DNA of 64,000 nucleotides, from NCBI RefSeq assembly GCF_018350175.1, contig NC_058368.1:29080001-29144000 (forward strand), in the 5' to 3' direction. Below, in pieces: positions 23,660 to 37,417 of this stretch; the first letter of the stretch is position 1, and every line of letters begins with the position of its first letter. Source of the stretch: Felis catus. Lineage: Eukaryota. The position numbers and the translations under genes are program-made. The notes below the pieces were generated by a model, which searched no databases, was not told where the DNA came from, and saw nothing but the letters and a program-made list of their open reading frames with translations.

Positions 23660-25220
23660 ATGGAGAACTACTGCTCTCTCTCTTTCCTGATTGTAAATTT
23701 TAACATAAAGAAAATACAGAGAATTAAGTAATAGCACTCTATACCCACCACTGAGAATTAACACGTTAACTAACATATTGTTATTTTTGCCTTGGATTTT
23801 TTTGTATGTGTGTGTCAAAACTGACATACAGTCAAGTGCACAAATCTTGAGTGTATAGTTGATAAAGTTTCCCTATGTATACACGTGTGTGATTACCAAC
23901 CGGATCAAGATACAGTATTTTGTCAGCACCCCAGAAGCGTCCCTATGCCATTTTCTATTCAATAGCACTCCGTTAGTAAACCCCTATGGTAACTCCTATT
24001 CTGAATTCTGTCACCAGAAATGAGTTTTGCTAATTGTGAAACTCCTTAAAATCACACCGTATGTGTTCTTTTATATCTGGCTTCTTTCACTTAACGTGAC
24101 GTCCTTGAAATCCATCCATATTGTTGCAGTATTAAGCCGTTGTCCTGCTGGTGGGCAACTTGCATTGTTATTTTGCTGTTGTTGCTCCTGTAAGTGGCTG
24201 TACAATAAGTATTCTTGGGCCTCCTTGTGTACATGATGAAGAGTCTCTAGGATGTATATCTAGAAGTGGAATAACTTAGTTGGTTTGATTATCTCTAGTC
24301 ATCCGCTAACATAAACAAAGGTGCTATGAACAGCCTTGCAGATTTCTTTTGGGGCCCATCCTCACTTCTCTTGAGTTTATACCTCGAAGTGGAATTTCAG
24401 AATCACAGGATAGGCATATATTTAGCTTTCAAAGATACTGGGAAACAATTTCCAAACCAACAGTGATTGAATGAATCTACACTCCCCGCAATGTGTAAGA
24501 ATTCCAGTTGCTTCATATTTGTGCCAACATACGATATTGTTAGACTTGTTAATTTCAGACATTCTAGTGACTGTGTTGTGGTACCTGACTGTGGTTCTTC
24601 CTCTCTACTTCCTCCCCCTCACCCTTTTCCTCCTCTTCCTCCTTCCCCCTCCTCCCACCCTCCTCCCCCTCTTCCTCCTTCTCCTCCTCCACCTCCTCTT
24701 TTTCCTCCTCTTCCTTCTTCCTCTTCTTCCTGTGGCTTTAATTTACACTTTACTAATAAGTAATTGACCACTTTTTCATATGCTTCAACTACATTTAATA
24801 AGAGAAATATAACAATATAGGTAAGGTCGCTATCCCCTTGGTTGTCCTTCACAGCCCTATCCCCTTCCCTCTCCAGAGACAACCACTACCATGAGCTCAG
24901 TAAGTACCCTCCCAGTCCATGTTTTTATAGTGAAACTAAATTTACTTATATGTTTACAGAAAAAAATGCATAGTATTGCTTTATGTGTTTTAAAATTTAC
25001 ATAACTACTTTAATGCTGCAACATGTTTGTTTTCACTCAACATTGTTTTCACATATGTTGATACACACAGATCTAGTTTCTCCACTGAATCTGCCAAATA
25101 GAATTCCATTGAATGACTGCAGACCAGTTTGTATATCCAGTCTCCAGTTGATGGACATTTGCATTGTTTCCAATCTTTCTCTGTCACAAACAATGCTTCA
25201 GTTAACATGCTCTTACCTAT
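23660..25220 (-). mobile_element. Cluster of old L1M (L1ME/MC-like) 3' fragments
   Basis: aagtgcacaaatcttgagtgtatag, atctggcttctttcacttaac, gttgatggacatttgcattgtttccaa. Confidence 0.7.
24595..24730. repeat. Polypyrimidine (CCT/CTT)n tract
   Basis: ~135 nt almost only C/T on the plus strand. Confidence 0.9.
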
Positions 25221-25589
25221 CTCTTATTGCTTACATGAGTCCACCTCTGTGTTTTTTCCTTCTGTAGAACCAGACAAAAGACAAAGGTTAGACCTCTAGT
25301 CCACTGAGCCTTCTGGCTTGTTCCATTTTCTATTCCAGGGGCTCCCACGGTCCCAGCCACATGGCCATATTGACAAAGATGATAAGTGACCTCACTGTTC
25401 AACTGTGATCTTATCCCTTCCTGAGGAGAGGTGGGGGATATGTATTTCACCAGCCCTGAACCTAAATTAACCATACAGCCTTACACTAGGATTAACACAC
25501 TTTTCTGGTTCCAGAAGGCCATTTGGTCACATAGGTCTCCTTCTAAAAAAAGACTTGAGGCAGCTTTTTGTAAACCAATCACAACTGGA

Positions 25590-25998
25590 TGTCCCATCCA
25601 AATCCTCATAGTAATGTGCCAAAATTAACATGATGTGATGAAGGTTAAGGGTCTTGAGGTGGAGAGATAACTCACACAAATCCTTAAAAGCAGAGAACCC
25701 TTCCTGGCTATAGTCAGAGGGAGATGTGACTAAGGAAGAATGATCAGAGATACTGACTTTGAAGATGGAGGAAGGGACAACAAGCCAGGAGTATGGATGG
25801 TCTCTGGAGGCTGAAAATGGCAAGGAAAGGGACTCTCCCCTAGAGACTCCACAAAGGACACAGCTCCACCAATACCTTGACTGTGGCCCACTGAGAATAC
25901 TTACCGGATTCCTAACGCACAAACCTGTAAGATAATACATTTCTATGGTCTTCAACAGCTAAGTTTGTGGTAATCAGTTACAGCAGCAATAAGAAAGA
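25590..25998 (+). mobile_element. MLT1 (MLT1D-like) MaLR solo LTR
   Basis: ctttgaagatggaggaaggg...ggcaaggaaagggactctcccctagag...taagtttgtggtaatcagttacagcagcaata. Confidence 0.82.
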
Positions 25999-27454
25999 AT
26001 CTTCTCTGACTTTCTTTTTTTTGAGAGTTGATTCCAGCTTACATTTTTTAAATTCCTTCAAACGAATATTGTCCTACTGTTTTTGTTGGGTTTTTTTTGT
26101 GTTTGTGTTTTTACTCATAATCTTTCTATCTCTGCCAATCTGTCTGTGCTCTGTGGCTGTCCTGTGGCCCTCTATTTATTTGTGCTGCCTTTTCTCTTCT
26201 GCTTGGTGTATATCTCTCCAGTTTGTTTTCTTTAGGCATACATTGGTGCATATGCTTTAAATAGAATCATGCCTTATATGCTGTTTATAACCTGTGACCA
26301 TAAGATCAGTCCCCATGTCTTCAAATATTGTTTCTCATCATTTTAATGGGTATGTGCATAGACTACAATTTAATCAGTTCCCCATTTTCCACATTCAGAT
26401 TATTTTCACTTTTTCATTTTTACAGATGATACTTTGATGAATATTTTAGTAGCTATATATTTAGGCTCATTCATGATTGCTTCCTTAAATAAAGTCATGA
26501 ATTTACTCATGGAATAAATTCATAAATTGCTGGGTCAAAGAAAAAACAAAATTCTAAGTCTCTTAGTATGTAATTTCCAACCAACCAACACAAAGATTAT
26601 ACTAATTAAGTTATAGCTTCTGCAGAAAATACAAGGTAATATTAGCACATCCGTTTCCTTTAGATACTCCCCTCCTGACCAGTCTTCAGAAATATTAATA
26701 TCCTGAGCTGTTTTCCTAAGCAAAAAATTGTCAATCAAATACAGTGAGCTCACATGTTAACAATCTGATGCAAACGAAGTACCTCCTCTCTAAAATGTCA
26801 CCTTTATTAAACTAGTGCTCTGTGAAGTCACCTTACAATATAGTGCCTGTTTTATAAGAGCACATTTGTTTGATTTCAAGGTCCCTATGTGGGGGTGGGC
26901 CCTGGGGGCATTCCCATCTGCTTTTGTGCTCTGATTCTCCCTCGCAATGCCGCAATGCCGACTAAGCACTTTGTTTTCAACCACAGGGTCTGGGCTCTGC
27001 ATAGCTATACCATGCCTTTTAGATTAAATCTGAGTTCTTCCTTCGCGTGGATGCTTTATTCTTATAGCGAACAGGGCACAGAGTTCAGAGAAGGAAGGTC
27101 ACGTTTTATAATGTTTCTTAATGTCTTAAAACTATGTGCCCCATCTGTTCCAAGTCTGAAAGAAATCAAAGTTAGGCTTACAGAGAACCAGGCACAGGAA
27201 ATCAATCAATTAATTAACCATTGTTGAATGCCAACAATGTGTAAGGCAACAGGAATAAGCAAAATCAGAGAGTAAACTTAAAATACATTAGTAAATATTT
27301 TACTTTCCTTGAGTTTTACTTTTCCCTGAGTATTAGAGGAACGTTTAAGGTTGCATTGTGTTTTTCTAGATGTTTGGCTTTCGCTTAGCCTGGAAGAAGA
27401 CTATAGTAGCTTTTAAACTCTCCTGGTTTCGCTCAAAAGATGCTTTTCAAAATT

Positions 27455-28750
27455 GAGGAAATTGAGTTTGCCACATGAGTATTGGCTCTATGTGTTTCCT
27501 CTTCTATGAAAATGTCTTTTGCCTATTTTTCTACTGGGTTGTTGTCCTTTCCTCTTTGATTTTGTAGCAATTCTTAAGCTATTTTTGATAGATTCTTCGT
27601 TATATGTGACATGTCTTCTCTCAATTTGTAGCTTTTTACCTTCTTTACCATGTCTTTTGATGAATACAGGCTTTTGATTTCATTCTAGTCAAATTCATCA
27701 CACTTCTTTTTTATAGTGAGGTTTTTTTTGGTGTCCAGTGTTTAAGAAATCCTCCCCTACCCCCAAGATCTAAATATATTTACCCATATTTTCTCCTAAC
27801 AATTTTCAGGTTTTTGCTTTTGACATTTGAATCTCTAATCCATCTGGAGTTGATTTGCATGTCTGATGTGAGATTAGGATCTGACTTACTTTTCACATGG
27901 ATAATCATTTTTTTCTGTTCCATTTATTGAGTCCCTTGTAAATAATCTAGGAAATGCAAATCAAGACCATAACAAGATATTACTTTACGTCCATTCGATT
28001 GACAAAAATTAAGACATCTGGCAATACCAAGTTCTGAAGAGGGCAGATCAATAGGATGTCTTACACGTTGCTGGTGAGAGTAGAAATTACTACAACTGCT
28101 TTGGAAAACAGTCTGGCATTGTTTTGCAAAGTTGGATTTCATATACCCTGCCATCATCCCACATTCCATTTATAAACCGTGGACAACTCCAGCGGGTGCG
28201 CACCAGGAGAGAGAACCACATATGTGAATCTCCACTGCAGCTCTCTATTACAGCAAGAAATGTGAAAGCCTAAACTCCAGTGTTCAGGAGACCAGATAGG
28301 TAAATGCTGGTGTGTTCACGTGATAAAATATGACATAGCAGTGAAGATTAGTGAATTACAGTGGCCACAACAAATGGATGACTCTTAGTAATAGAAAACG
28401 AAATGGGAACAGTGTCCCCGAAGATTATACATGGCATGATGTCTTTTCTATAGAAGTCATAAACAATTAAAACTAATCATTATATGGTTTGCGTGCATGT
28501 AATGTGTGATAAAAAAAAATTTTATATCAAGAATGAACAAAATACAAAATTTGGAATTGTGGTTACATCATGTGGAAGGAGTCCAGGGTAGGGGGTAAAT
28601 GGGCCAGGACAGCGCCATATGGAAGATGGAAGTTATGGTCAGTGTATTCCTTCTCTAATTGGATAATGAGTTCACGGGTGTCCATTATATTATCAACAAA
28701 TAAACACCCAAGTAGATAAAATAAAAAAGGGCCATGCATAGGCCAGAGAG
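27455..28750. mobile_element. Old L1M with inverted 5' segment (minus ~27455-27930, plus ~27935-28750)
   Basis: Antisense ORF2-like piece followed by sense piece starting ggaaatgcaaatcaagacc and an L1ME-like 3' end. Confidence 0.7.
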
Positions 28751-28819
28751 CAGTGAGAGGTAAACTGAGGGTGGTGAGTTCCACGTAGTGCCTGAGTCCA
28801 TTGAAAATACAATTGGGGC

Positions 28820-29017
28820 AGATGCGCCTGAGTGGCTCTGTCTGTTGAGCATCTGACTCTTGATTTCAGCTCAAGTCATGACCTCATGGTTTGTGAGATC
28901 AAGCCCCACTTCAGGCTCTGTGCTGACAGTGCCTGTTTGGGATTCTCTCTCTCTCCTTCACTCTCTGCCCCTCCTCTCACTCTCTCTTATTTGGATGCAT
29001 GTCTAAATAAATAAACT
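28820..29017 (+). mobile_element. CanSINE, first of a tandem pair
   Basis: gcgcctgagtggctctgtctgttgagcatctgactcttgatttcagc head. Confidence 0.88.
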
Positions 29018-29019
29018 TA

Positions 29020-29256
29020 GGGGCACCTGGGTGGCTCAGTTGGTTAAGCGTCCGACTCTTGATTTCAGCTCAGGTCACGATCTTACTGTTTGTGAGTCTG
29101 AGCCCTGCCTTTTTCGGCTCCACACTGACAGCATGGAGCCTGCCTGGAATTCTCTCGCTCCCTCTCTGCCCCTCCCCTGCTCATGCTCTCTCTCTCTCTC
29201 TCTCCCTCTCTCCCTCCCCCTCTCTCTCTCTCTCAAAAATAAACATTCTTAAAAAA
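29020..29256 (+). mobile_element. CanSINE, second of a tandem pair
   Basis: ggggcacctgggtggctcagttggttaagcg head directly after the first tail. Confidence 0.92.
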
Positions 29257-30114
29257 CCTATTTGGTATAAATAATAGGTAGTAATAAGTCAAAATTCCTC
29301 CCCTAGTAATTTTTTCACTGGTTCCAGATTAGCTTTAATAAATATGCAGTCTACCTAAATTCCATGTGCTTTCAGGTCTGTTTGGACCAGAAGGACAAGA
29401 AAGATCTATAAATCAGTTCTCTAGGGAGGTGCCAGATAGAAAGAGAACAGTCCAGATTCTTTATGGACTGCATTCTATCACAAGACTAAGTCAAAGACTG
29501 AGTTACCAAGCTTTTATAAGTCAGAAGATTGGCTTAAACTTTTCCATGATTTTACGGTTTGCACAGTGTGCTCATATAATGCTTGGTCATGGGGCAAGAA
29601 GCCTGAGAACTTATAAAATCAAGGCTGTCAGATGTTTGTGACAAAAAAATAACATTAAAAATAAAACTGAGTTCTGATGTTATTTCAAAACTGATTCTCT
29701 GGATAAAAGTTAACTAAAGGCAACCGAAAAGTAGAATGGAAAATACCAGAATGATCTTTTTGTGCTTCAACTTCTTTAAATCTTCATCTAAACAGGAGGC
29801 TATCTTACTGTTGTTCTAAAACCCCAGTTCAACAAATATTTGAGTTGCCAAAATATGCAGGGATCATGCTTGGATCTAAGAACAAAAAAATGAACAAGAA
29901 AGACAATAGCCACGGAGCTGTAGATGAGTAACATTGAATATAATTAATATATTTTTAATGCCTCATGCATGGTATCTTTTATGAAGCTTTATTTGGCGTT
30001 ACCACATCCAGTAGAGTTGATAACCCCTTCCATGTCCCCAGTGGACCTTGCTGTGTTTCCTTTATCATATCCATCCATCATGCAGACTTACAATTATTTG
30101 CATATATGTCTGCA

Positions 30115-30550
30115 GCAGACATCTGTTACTTTTGTTCTGGCCAGGATCTTTTATTTTCAAAAACTCCTTCCTCCACCTTCTAAAGCTGTCAGTTACATGG
30201 CCCCACCTCTCCCACACACAGGGGAGGCACCAGATGCAGGCTGGCCACACAGAGAGGGTGGATCTGACCCTGGGAGAGAAAGAATTCATCTCTCCTCCTC
30301 AAATACGAGCACTAGTAGTATTTATCACAGACACCTAGAACTTGGCCTCCATAGGAAAATCTAAGAACCCATTGGAGAGCATAGTTGTAGGATGGAAAAA
30401 GACTCAATCCTGATGATACACTTGAAGCCTAAATCTGGGGGTGCCTGAAACCCACAATCCCTGACATTTCCAGTTAAAAGAACCAAATATATTTACTTTT
30501 AACTTGTTTGTTAGATTCGTTTTTTATCACTTAAACCTGGGAAAGTCCCA
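30115..30550 (+). mobile_element. Old MaLR (MLT1-like) LTR remnant
   Basis: 3' end ttccagttaaaagaaccaaat...ttttttatcacttaaacc...gtcccagctaacac resembles MLT1 termini. Confidence 0.45.
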
Positions 30551-31386
30551 GCTAACACTGTATGTGTCTCCTCTATGAGTGAACTTCTAGAAGCAACTAT
30601 GAGTAAGGCCTGACTGGTACCGATGTTGGCCGCTGCTCACATAGCACGCATAATGCCGAGATGAAATTGCCTAGCCTCTAGAGCAGGTGCATGTAATCCT
30701 AAATCCACAAACTCCTGGAAGGATCCACGAGAGGATGTGGATGTGTGGACTTTTTAGGTGAAAAAGTTAGTACCTATCATCAAAGTATTGCTTCAAGTAT
30801 CAAAAATGCTCAAAGGAATCCCAAAACACAAAAATTCAAGAACTCTCACTGGTGGAAAGGCTCTGCCTAGCAAACTCAGCCCAGTTTCAGTGATAGCACT
30901 CATCACATCTGTAGACATAGAGCCAGGGAAGAAAGAGCTTTGCTGGAGCTTTCCAAGTCTAGAGGATGCAGAAGCTTGCTCTATTCCAGATAAAAATCAT
31001 GCCATATTTATTTGGTTAGTTTGTTTTTATATGGGAGGATGCCTTCTGGTTTGTTCTTTTAACCCCACTGAAGGATACAGATGGGGAATGTAAGATAAGA
31101 CAAGATATCCAACCCCTCTGGAGCTCAGCCCCCACCCCACATCACATGACAGAGTCCTCTTGCACACATCGCCCCCCCCCCATCCATGGGATCCCTTGAG
31201 GACTGACTACATCTAATTCTGTTATTAATCTCTAGCTTCCATTATTTTTTCTTTATTTCTACTTTGTTGTGGTGGTAGTGGTAAATATAAAATTTACCAA
31301 CTTAACCATTTTCAAGTGCACAGTCCAGTGACATTAAGTACATTCCCACTGTTGTGCAACCCTCACCACCATCCTTCCCCAGAACT

Positions 31387-31840
31387 TAGTTTCCTGTGGC
31401 TGCCATAACAAACATTACTGCCAATTTGGAGGCTTACAACACCAGAAGTTTATTTGCCCACAGTTCTAGAGGCCAGGCGTCCAAAATCAAGGTGTCAGCA
31501 GGACGTGTTCCCTCCAAAGGCTCTCGGGGAAAAAATCCTTCCTTGCCTCTTCCAGCTCTTGGTGGCTCCAGGCATTCACTGGCTCGTGGCTTTACCATTC
31601 CTATCTCTGCCTCTGTCTTCCCATGGCCTTCTCTGTCTCTGCACCTTCTTTTCTTTCTCTTATAAGGACATTTGTCTTTGGATTTAGGGACTCTTCTCTG
31701 GTAATCCAGAATCATCTAGTCATGAGATTTTTAACTTAATGACTTTTACAAAGACTCTTTTTCCAAATAGGTTATATTCACAGGTTCTGGAGTTTGGAAC
31801 ATGGACATATTTTGTGGGGGCTACAGTTCAACTCACTGCA
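31387..31840 (-). mobile_element. MLT1 (MLT1C-like) MaLR solo LTR
   Basis: ttagtttcctgtggctgccataacaaa...aaatcaaggtgtcagcagg...cttataaggacatttgtctttggatttaggg. Confidence 0.85.
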
Positions 31841-32150
31841 GCTGGGTTATCCCAGAAGCATTGCCAAGGTCAAGAGTTGAGGGCAAATGCAATATGAGGG
31901 AAGTGATCCCAGGAAGCATTAGCAAGAGAGTGAGAAGTGACAGGGAAGAGAAGGAAGCCAATAGAGAATGCCCTAATGAGCAAGTTACCACTGAGAAAAA
32001 TGCACTCACTTCCATAGGGAACCTTGGGAAGATGATACAGAACACATTCAGGACTATCCCACCTGCAAAAGCAAGGAAGCTCAGGATCTCTTGTCATTGA
32101 CTGAAGGTTGTCCTTAGGGGCATTAACTCCCTGACACTTGTCTCCCTCAC
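31841..32150 (-). mobile_element. ERVL-type LTR fragment (LTR33-like)
   Basis: gggaagtgatcccaggaagc...gacagggaagagaaggaagccaata resembles recalled LTR33. Confidence 0.5.
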
Positions 32151-33859
32151 ACTAAGGCAAACGGAAAGCTCTTGGAGACAGTCATACATATTTGTAATAA
32201 GACACTATTTTTGTATCCTGAAATGCTTGGTGTCTCAGAGAAGTGGGTGGGGCACTGACAGTATCTGCTACTAGGCAAGTCAGAAATTTCTATTTTATTG
32301 CTTATATCAAAATTGGACGAAGGAGCTACTAGAATTGTCCACTGATAGATCATTAAAATAATATTTGCTGGAAGATCACTAAGGCATTTGGGGCATAAAG
32401 CTGAGAAGAATGTCAAAGAGTTGAGTTACATTGATATGCAAATTACTTCCAGTTTCCTTTGCGCATTATTTGAACAAAGTCAATCATTATATATAATGAT
32501 TACAGATACATAGTTATAGATAGGATTTTTTAAATGCGGATAAATAGGAATATGTGATATTCATCAATATGAACTATTTATCACTGAAAATAGGTAGCAT
32601 ATTTACTTGTTTTTAACACACTTAGAGCTTTATGGTCACTGCAAATTTTTAAATTTCTTATTTCAACTTATGTAAGTATTTTTGTTCTGGAGAATTAAGA
32701 TACTATGACTAACACAAAATGGAGAATTTGGAATGTAAACATCGGTTTAAAGAAAAGAAAAGAATGATGTATAATGTCCTGTTGTTGATAAAGTACTTGT
32801 TCTTTTTTTATGGATGAATTTAGATATTTAGGTAAGAGTGATATGATTATTTTATTTTAAAATGTAAGAATTTGGAAAGCCCAGGAAATAACCTCCTTTG
32901 CAATTCCATATACATATAATGAAAACTTGCATAAGTCACTCTAAAATTCTTTTAGGATGCATATGAACTAACATCTATATCCAATTCCCAAATTTCCAGG
33001 AAGGAGAATCTGATGGCCCAGTGTGGGTCAGACATCTGCCCCTGGTGGAATCCACTGTGGCCAGTGAGGTGGGGTCACAACCCTTGCTCTCTACTCAACA
33101 GGGTCTACGTGGGGGTGGGTAGTACATGATCAATAGTTTTCAGAGAAGGGATTGGTACCTAAAAAAAGCTTGACTACCTAATGAAGGCTTTTATTTAATA
33201 TGAAGGTGTTTTTTTTTTTTAATACATAGACTCCTAGAGAATTGATTTGTACGTTTAACCCATTCTTTAAAAAAAAAATTTTTTTTGAGAGAATGGACTG
33301 TGGCCACTCAGGAATATATTGGCACCAGCTCTCCGAAGAATCTCTGAGGCACGCTGATTTTCAGAGATAATTGAAGACGCTGGATGTGCAGCTGGCCCCC
33401 ACCACCTCTGTCTCCACGTAAGGTTGAAAGCAGGTCAGCTCTTTGTTCATGGATGGAAACACTCAGAACATGAAGTATCATTTAAACCTCCCTCATATAA
33501 TAAATTTCCATCCTCCTTCTAGGCAGTGGTCCAACGTGTATTTTAGACTCTTTCCTTAGCATCTGTCAGCGTCTCTACCTCTCACTTTATAAGCCGACCT
33601 ATATTTTGCTCTTATATTTTTTAATCAGGTTGAGTAATACAGCTACCAGTCTAGGACAAAACTGGATTGATTTGCTGTGACTATGAATAACACAACAGGG
33701 AGCAAAAAGGAAACATGTACAGACAGTGTGTCTCCAGAGAGGTTCACAAGACTCTCTGAGGCACATCAGGCTCCAATTCAGCGTTTCCCAGAATTTCAGA
33801 CATATTTGTACTTTCTTCATGAACTCTGTTGTATCTGCCTCCTACCTAGAGTAAAAACA

Positions 33860-34255
33860 AAAATCCGTATTGACATATAATTCCCCTATTTAAAGTGTAC
33901 AGGTCAGTATTTTTAGCATATGAACAAAGTTGTACAACCATAACCATAATCTAACTTTAGAACATTTTCGTCCCCCTGAGAAGAGAGTCCACATCCACCA
34001 GCAGTAGCTCCCCATTCCCAGCACCCGCCCACCTTCAGCCCTAAAGAACCATTAATCTACTTTATGTCTCTATGGATTTGCCTATTCTGACTTTTCAGAT
34101 AAATGAAATCATAACATTTGTGACTGTTTTTTTTTTCACTGACATCATGTTCTCAAGATTCATCCATGTTGTAGCATGAATTAGTACTTCATTATTTTTT
34201 ATGGCCAAATAATATTTCATTAAAGGTATATACCACTGTATTAGAACCAACAGGA

Positions 34256-34341
<86 letters not shown>

Positions 34342-35570
34342 TATATGTATATGTATATATTTATTTTTAATAGATTGGCTCATGTTTGTGGAGGTTTGGT
34401 GAGTCCAAAATCTGATGGAGTAGGCTGGTAGCCTGGAGGCCCAGAGAAGAGGTAGTTTGCAGTTTGAGTCCAAAATACAATCTGCTGGCAGTACTCCTTC
34501 TTGCTCAGGGGAGGTCAGTCTTTTGTCTTATTTAGGCCTTCAACTGATTGGATGAGGCCCACCTACATTGGCGGGGGGGGGGGAGGGGGAGAGTAACCTG
34601 CTTTACTCAGAATCCACCAATTTAAATGTTAATCTCGTCCAAAAAATAGCTTCACAGAAACATCCATAATAATGTTTGACCAAATATCTGGGCCCTATGT
34701 CCCAGCCATGTTGACACATCAAATTAACCATCACAATCACGTTTTATTTATCTATGCACCAGGTGATGGAAATTTGTGTTTGTTTCCACTTTCTGGTCAT
34801 GTACAAATTTTTGTGTGGACATATGTTTTCATTTATCTGGCAGTGAAATTTCTGGGTTAAATGGCAACTCCATGCTTAACATTTTGAGGAACTGCCAAAT
34901 TGTTTCCCAAAATAGTTGCACCATTTTACATTCCAACCAGCAATGGATGAGGGTTCCAATTGCTCCATAAGTTGGCTAGTACTTGTTATTATCTGTCTTT
35001 TTTTAATATTATCTGTCTTTTTTTATTATAACCATCCTAATAGGTATGAAGTGGTATCTCATTTTCATTTCCCTGATGACTGATGATATAAGTCTCTTTT
35101 CATATATTTATTGATTGGCCTTTTGCATATCTCCTTTGCAGAAACAACTATTCAGATTCTTTGCCCATTTGTTAACTAAGTTATTTTTCTTTTTATTATT
35201 AAGTTGTAAGGGTTCTTTATAGATTCAGAATACAGGTCATATATGTAATAGATAATTTGTAAATATTTTCGCCCATGCTGTGGGTTTTTTTTTTCATTTT
35301 CTTGATAGTATCATTTGTAGCACAGAAGTTTTTACTTTTGATAAAATTCCATTTATTCATTTTTCCCTTTGTTGCTTATTCTCTTGGCTTCATATCTGAG
35401 AAATCACTGCCTAACCCAAGATCTCAAAATCTGCTTTGATATTTTCTTCCAAGAGTTTTATAGTTTTAGCTCATATATTTGTGCCTAATTTTGAGTTAAT
35501 TTTTGCATGTGGTGTAAGAAAGGGATCCAACTTCATTCTTTTGCATGTGGTTTTCTGGTCAACCCAGAAC
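33860..35570 (-). mobile_element. Old L1M (L1MB-like) 3' portion interrupted by MLT2
   Basis: tttaaagtgtacaggtcagtatttttagc...caagattcatccatgttgtagcatg...attttacattccaaccagcaatggatgagggttcc. Confidence 0.85.
34237..34735 (-). mobile_element. MLT2 (ERVL) solo LTR containing a (TG)n(TA)n microsatellite
   Basis: TG...CA termini, gttgacacatcaaattaaccatcaca end, 5-bp flanks accac/atcac. Confidence 0.85.
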
Positions 35571-37417
35571 CTGAACTTATAACTTTATTTACTTAATTTT
35601 TCCTTAAGTCAACTCATCTTTTTATATAAACAAGTTATTTAAAATGTTATAGCAATACTGTAAGTGAAAAACAATCATCATTTGCCATAAAAAGAAGAGA
35701 ACATAAGTATAAATACTGAGAAAACAAAACTACGAAAATACTGAGAAAAAATAATAAAAATGTGTGAAAACACTATAAAATTTTAGGGATACAGATGACT
35801 ACTGAAGGCCTCCTTTCTTGTGAAAAAGGGGATCAGCAAATGTTGGCAAAGTAGTAGAGATACACTAACACCAAACCGAGTTGTTCCCTGTAAGTAGGAT
35901 TAAAGGAAGGAATTAAAAAGGAAACAGTTGTCTCGTTGAGTAGTTTGAGGTGAATTAGGGTCTCCCTATGAATGAATAGGCGAATAGGGAATTCCCTTGG
36001 CCCCTCTTGGATCCCACCCAGTGGGAAGCACTTCTCTGCATTGCTAGCATCAACGGTAATGGAAAGAACCTGGGGTGGGGAGAGGCCATGGATTTGATCC
36101 CAGGCTTCTCACTAATTCCTGAACCTCAGCAAGTTACTCAGCCTGCTGCACCTTGCTCCTAAACTGTAGACAACCTCTTCCTAAGGGGCGGTATGAGGAT
36201 TCAATACTACGGAACGTGGAAGGCAGTCCAACACAGGGTAGGCATACAGAAAAGTGAGAGCCCTCCTGGCATTCTTGCCACTTCCAGAAAAACAGAGAAT
36301 CCAGTACCCAAGCAGTTTGTCCCAAAATGTGGCTGGAGGTCTAGCAACATCAGAAATCCCTGGAAGAGGAGCCAGCCCCCACCTCACTGACTCCACTGCA
36401 CACAGTTTGGAGATTGTTCCCACAGACCTGCCTTGGGTCTCTATGGCTTCTGCCACTTCTGCTTTGACAGACTGGCCTTGGTGAATTTGCCCAGCTGAAT
36501 CTGAGTCCCGTCTGTTCCTGAAGACACAACCTCTGACAACCATTCCCGAGGTCATTTCGAGACTTGGGAAATTTGGTTTAACAAATGACAGGGCAAAACA
36601 AAGCTGAAAGCACAGAGAATCCAAACACACTGCCAAAGTTCAACTTTCCTAAAGGCAGTAGCAGCAGCTGTGGTCTGTCCCATTCTCTTCCTCTTCCCAG
36701 CCTCCGGCAACAGATACTAAAAAGCAGACATGAGATGCAAAGACCATCCACGGGCTGCAGAAAGCTGGCAAGGGCAGGCAAAGCTGGAAAATCCCAACCA
36801 AGAATAATCAGTCCCTGAAAAGCCGCACGCTGATTCATGCCGTGAAGAGCTGCTGAGCCCTTCCGAGACTGTGCCAGGAACTGTGGGTATGGATGCATGA
36901 GAGGATATAGGAATCCCAAGCGGGAACCTTTCTGCGTGGGCAGGGGGATATACTGCACATCACATTAAGTATCTTCACAAGAGAGGCCCCAAGATGTGGC
37001 TTCTGGTGTGAGTTCGGGGAAAGGGTAAAGAACTAGCGGCTGGTGCACTTTCCAGAAGGAGAAAAGGGAGCAAACATTCCAGGAAAGGGATGGGTGGGGA
37101 GGCTGGAGCACTAAGTTTCTCAGAGAGATTGAGGGTTGGCATGAGGAGGGAGAAAGCAGAACGGAAGCAGACATATAAACACCTTATAACCTTGGTGTTT
37201 TCTTTCTAAAAAATAAAGTAATTCCTTTGTCCGCCTTTGGGTTCTGTATTTCTGATTCGGGGTGGCAGGTGATATCCTGATGGTAGCCTTGAGCCTACGT
37301 GGTCTCCTCGTTGGCATTTGTTAATTAAGATAGACACTGACAGACAAGAGCAGCTGTTGATGGAGGAACATGGAATAGACAAAACGCTAATCAGAGCTGT
37401 TTAAAACCGGCTAGACA

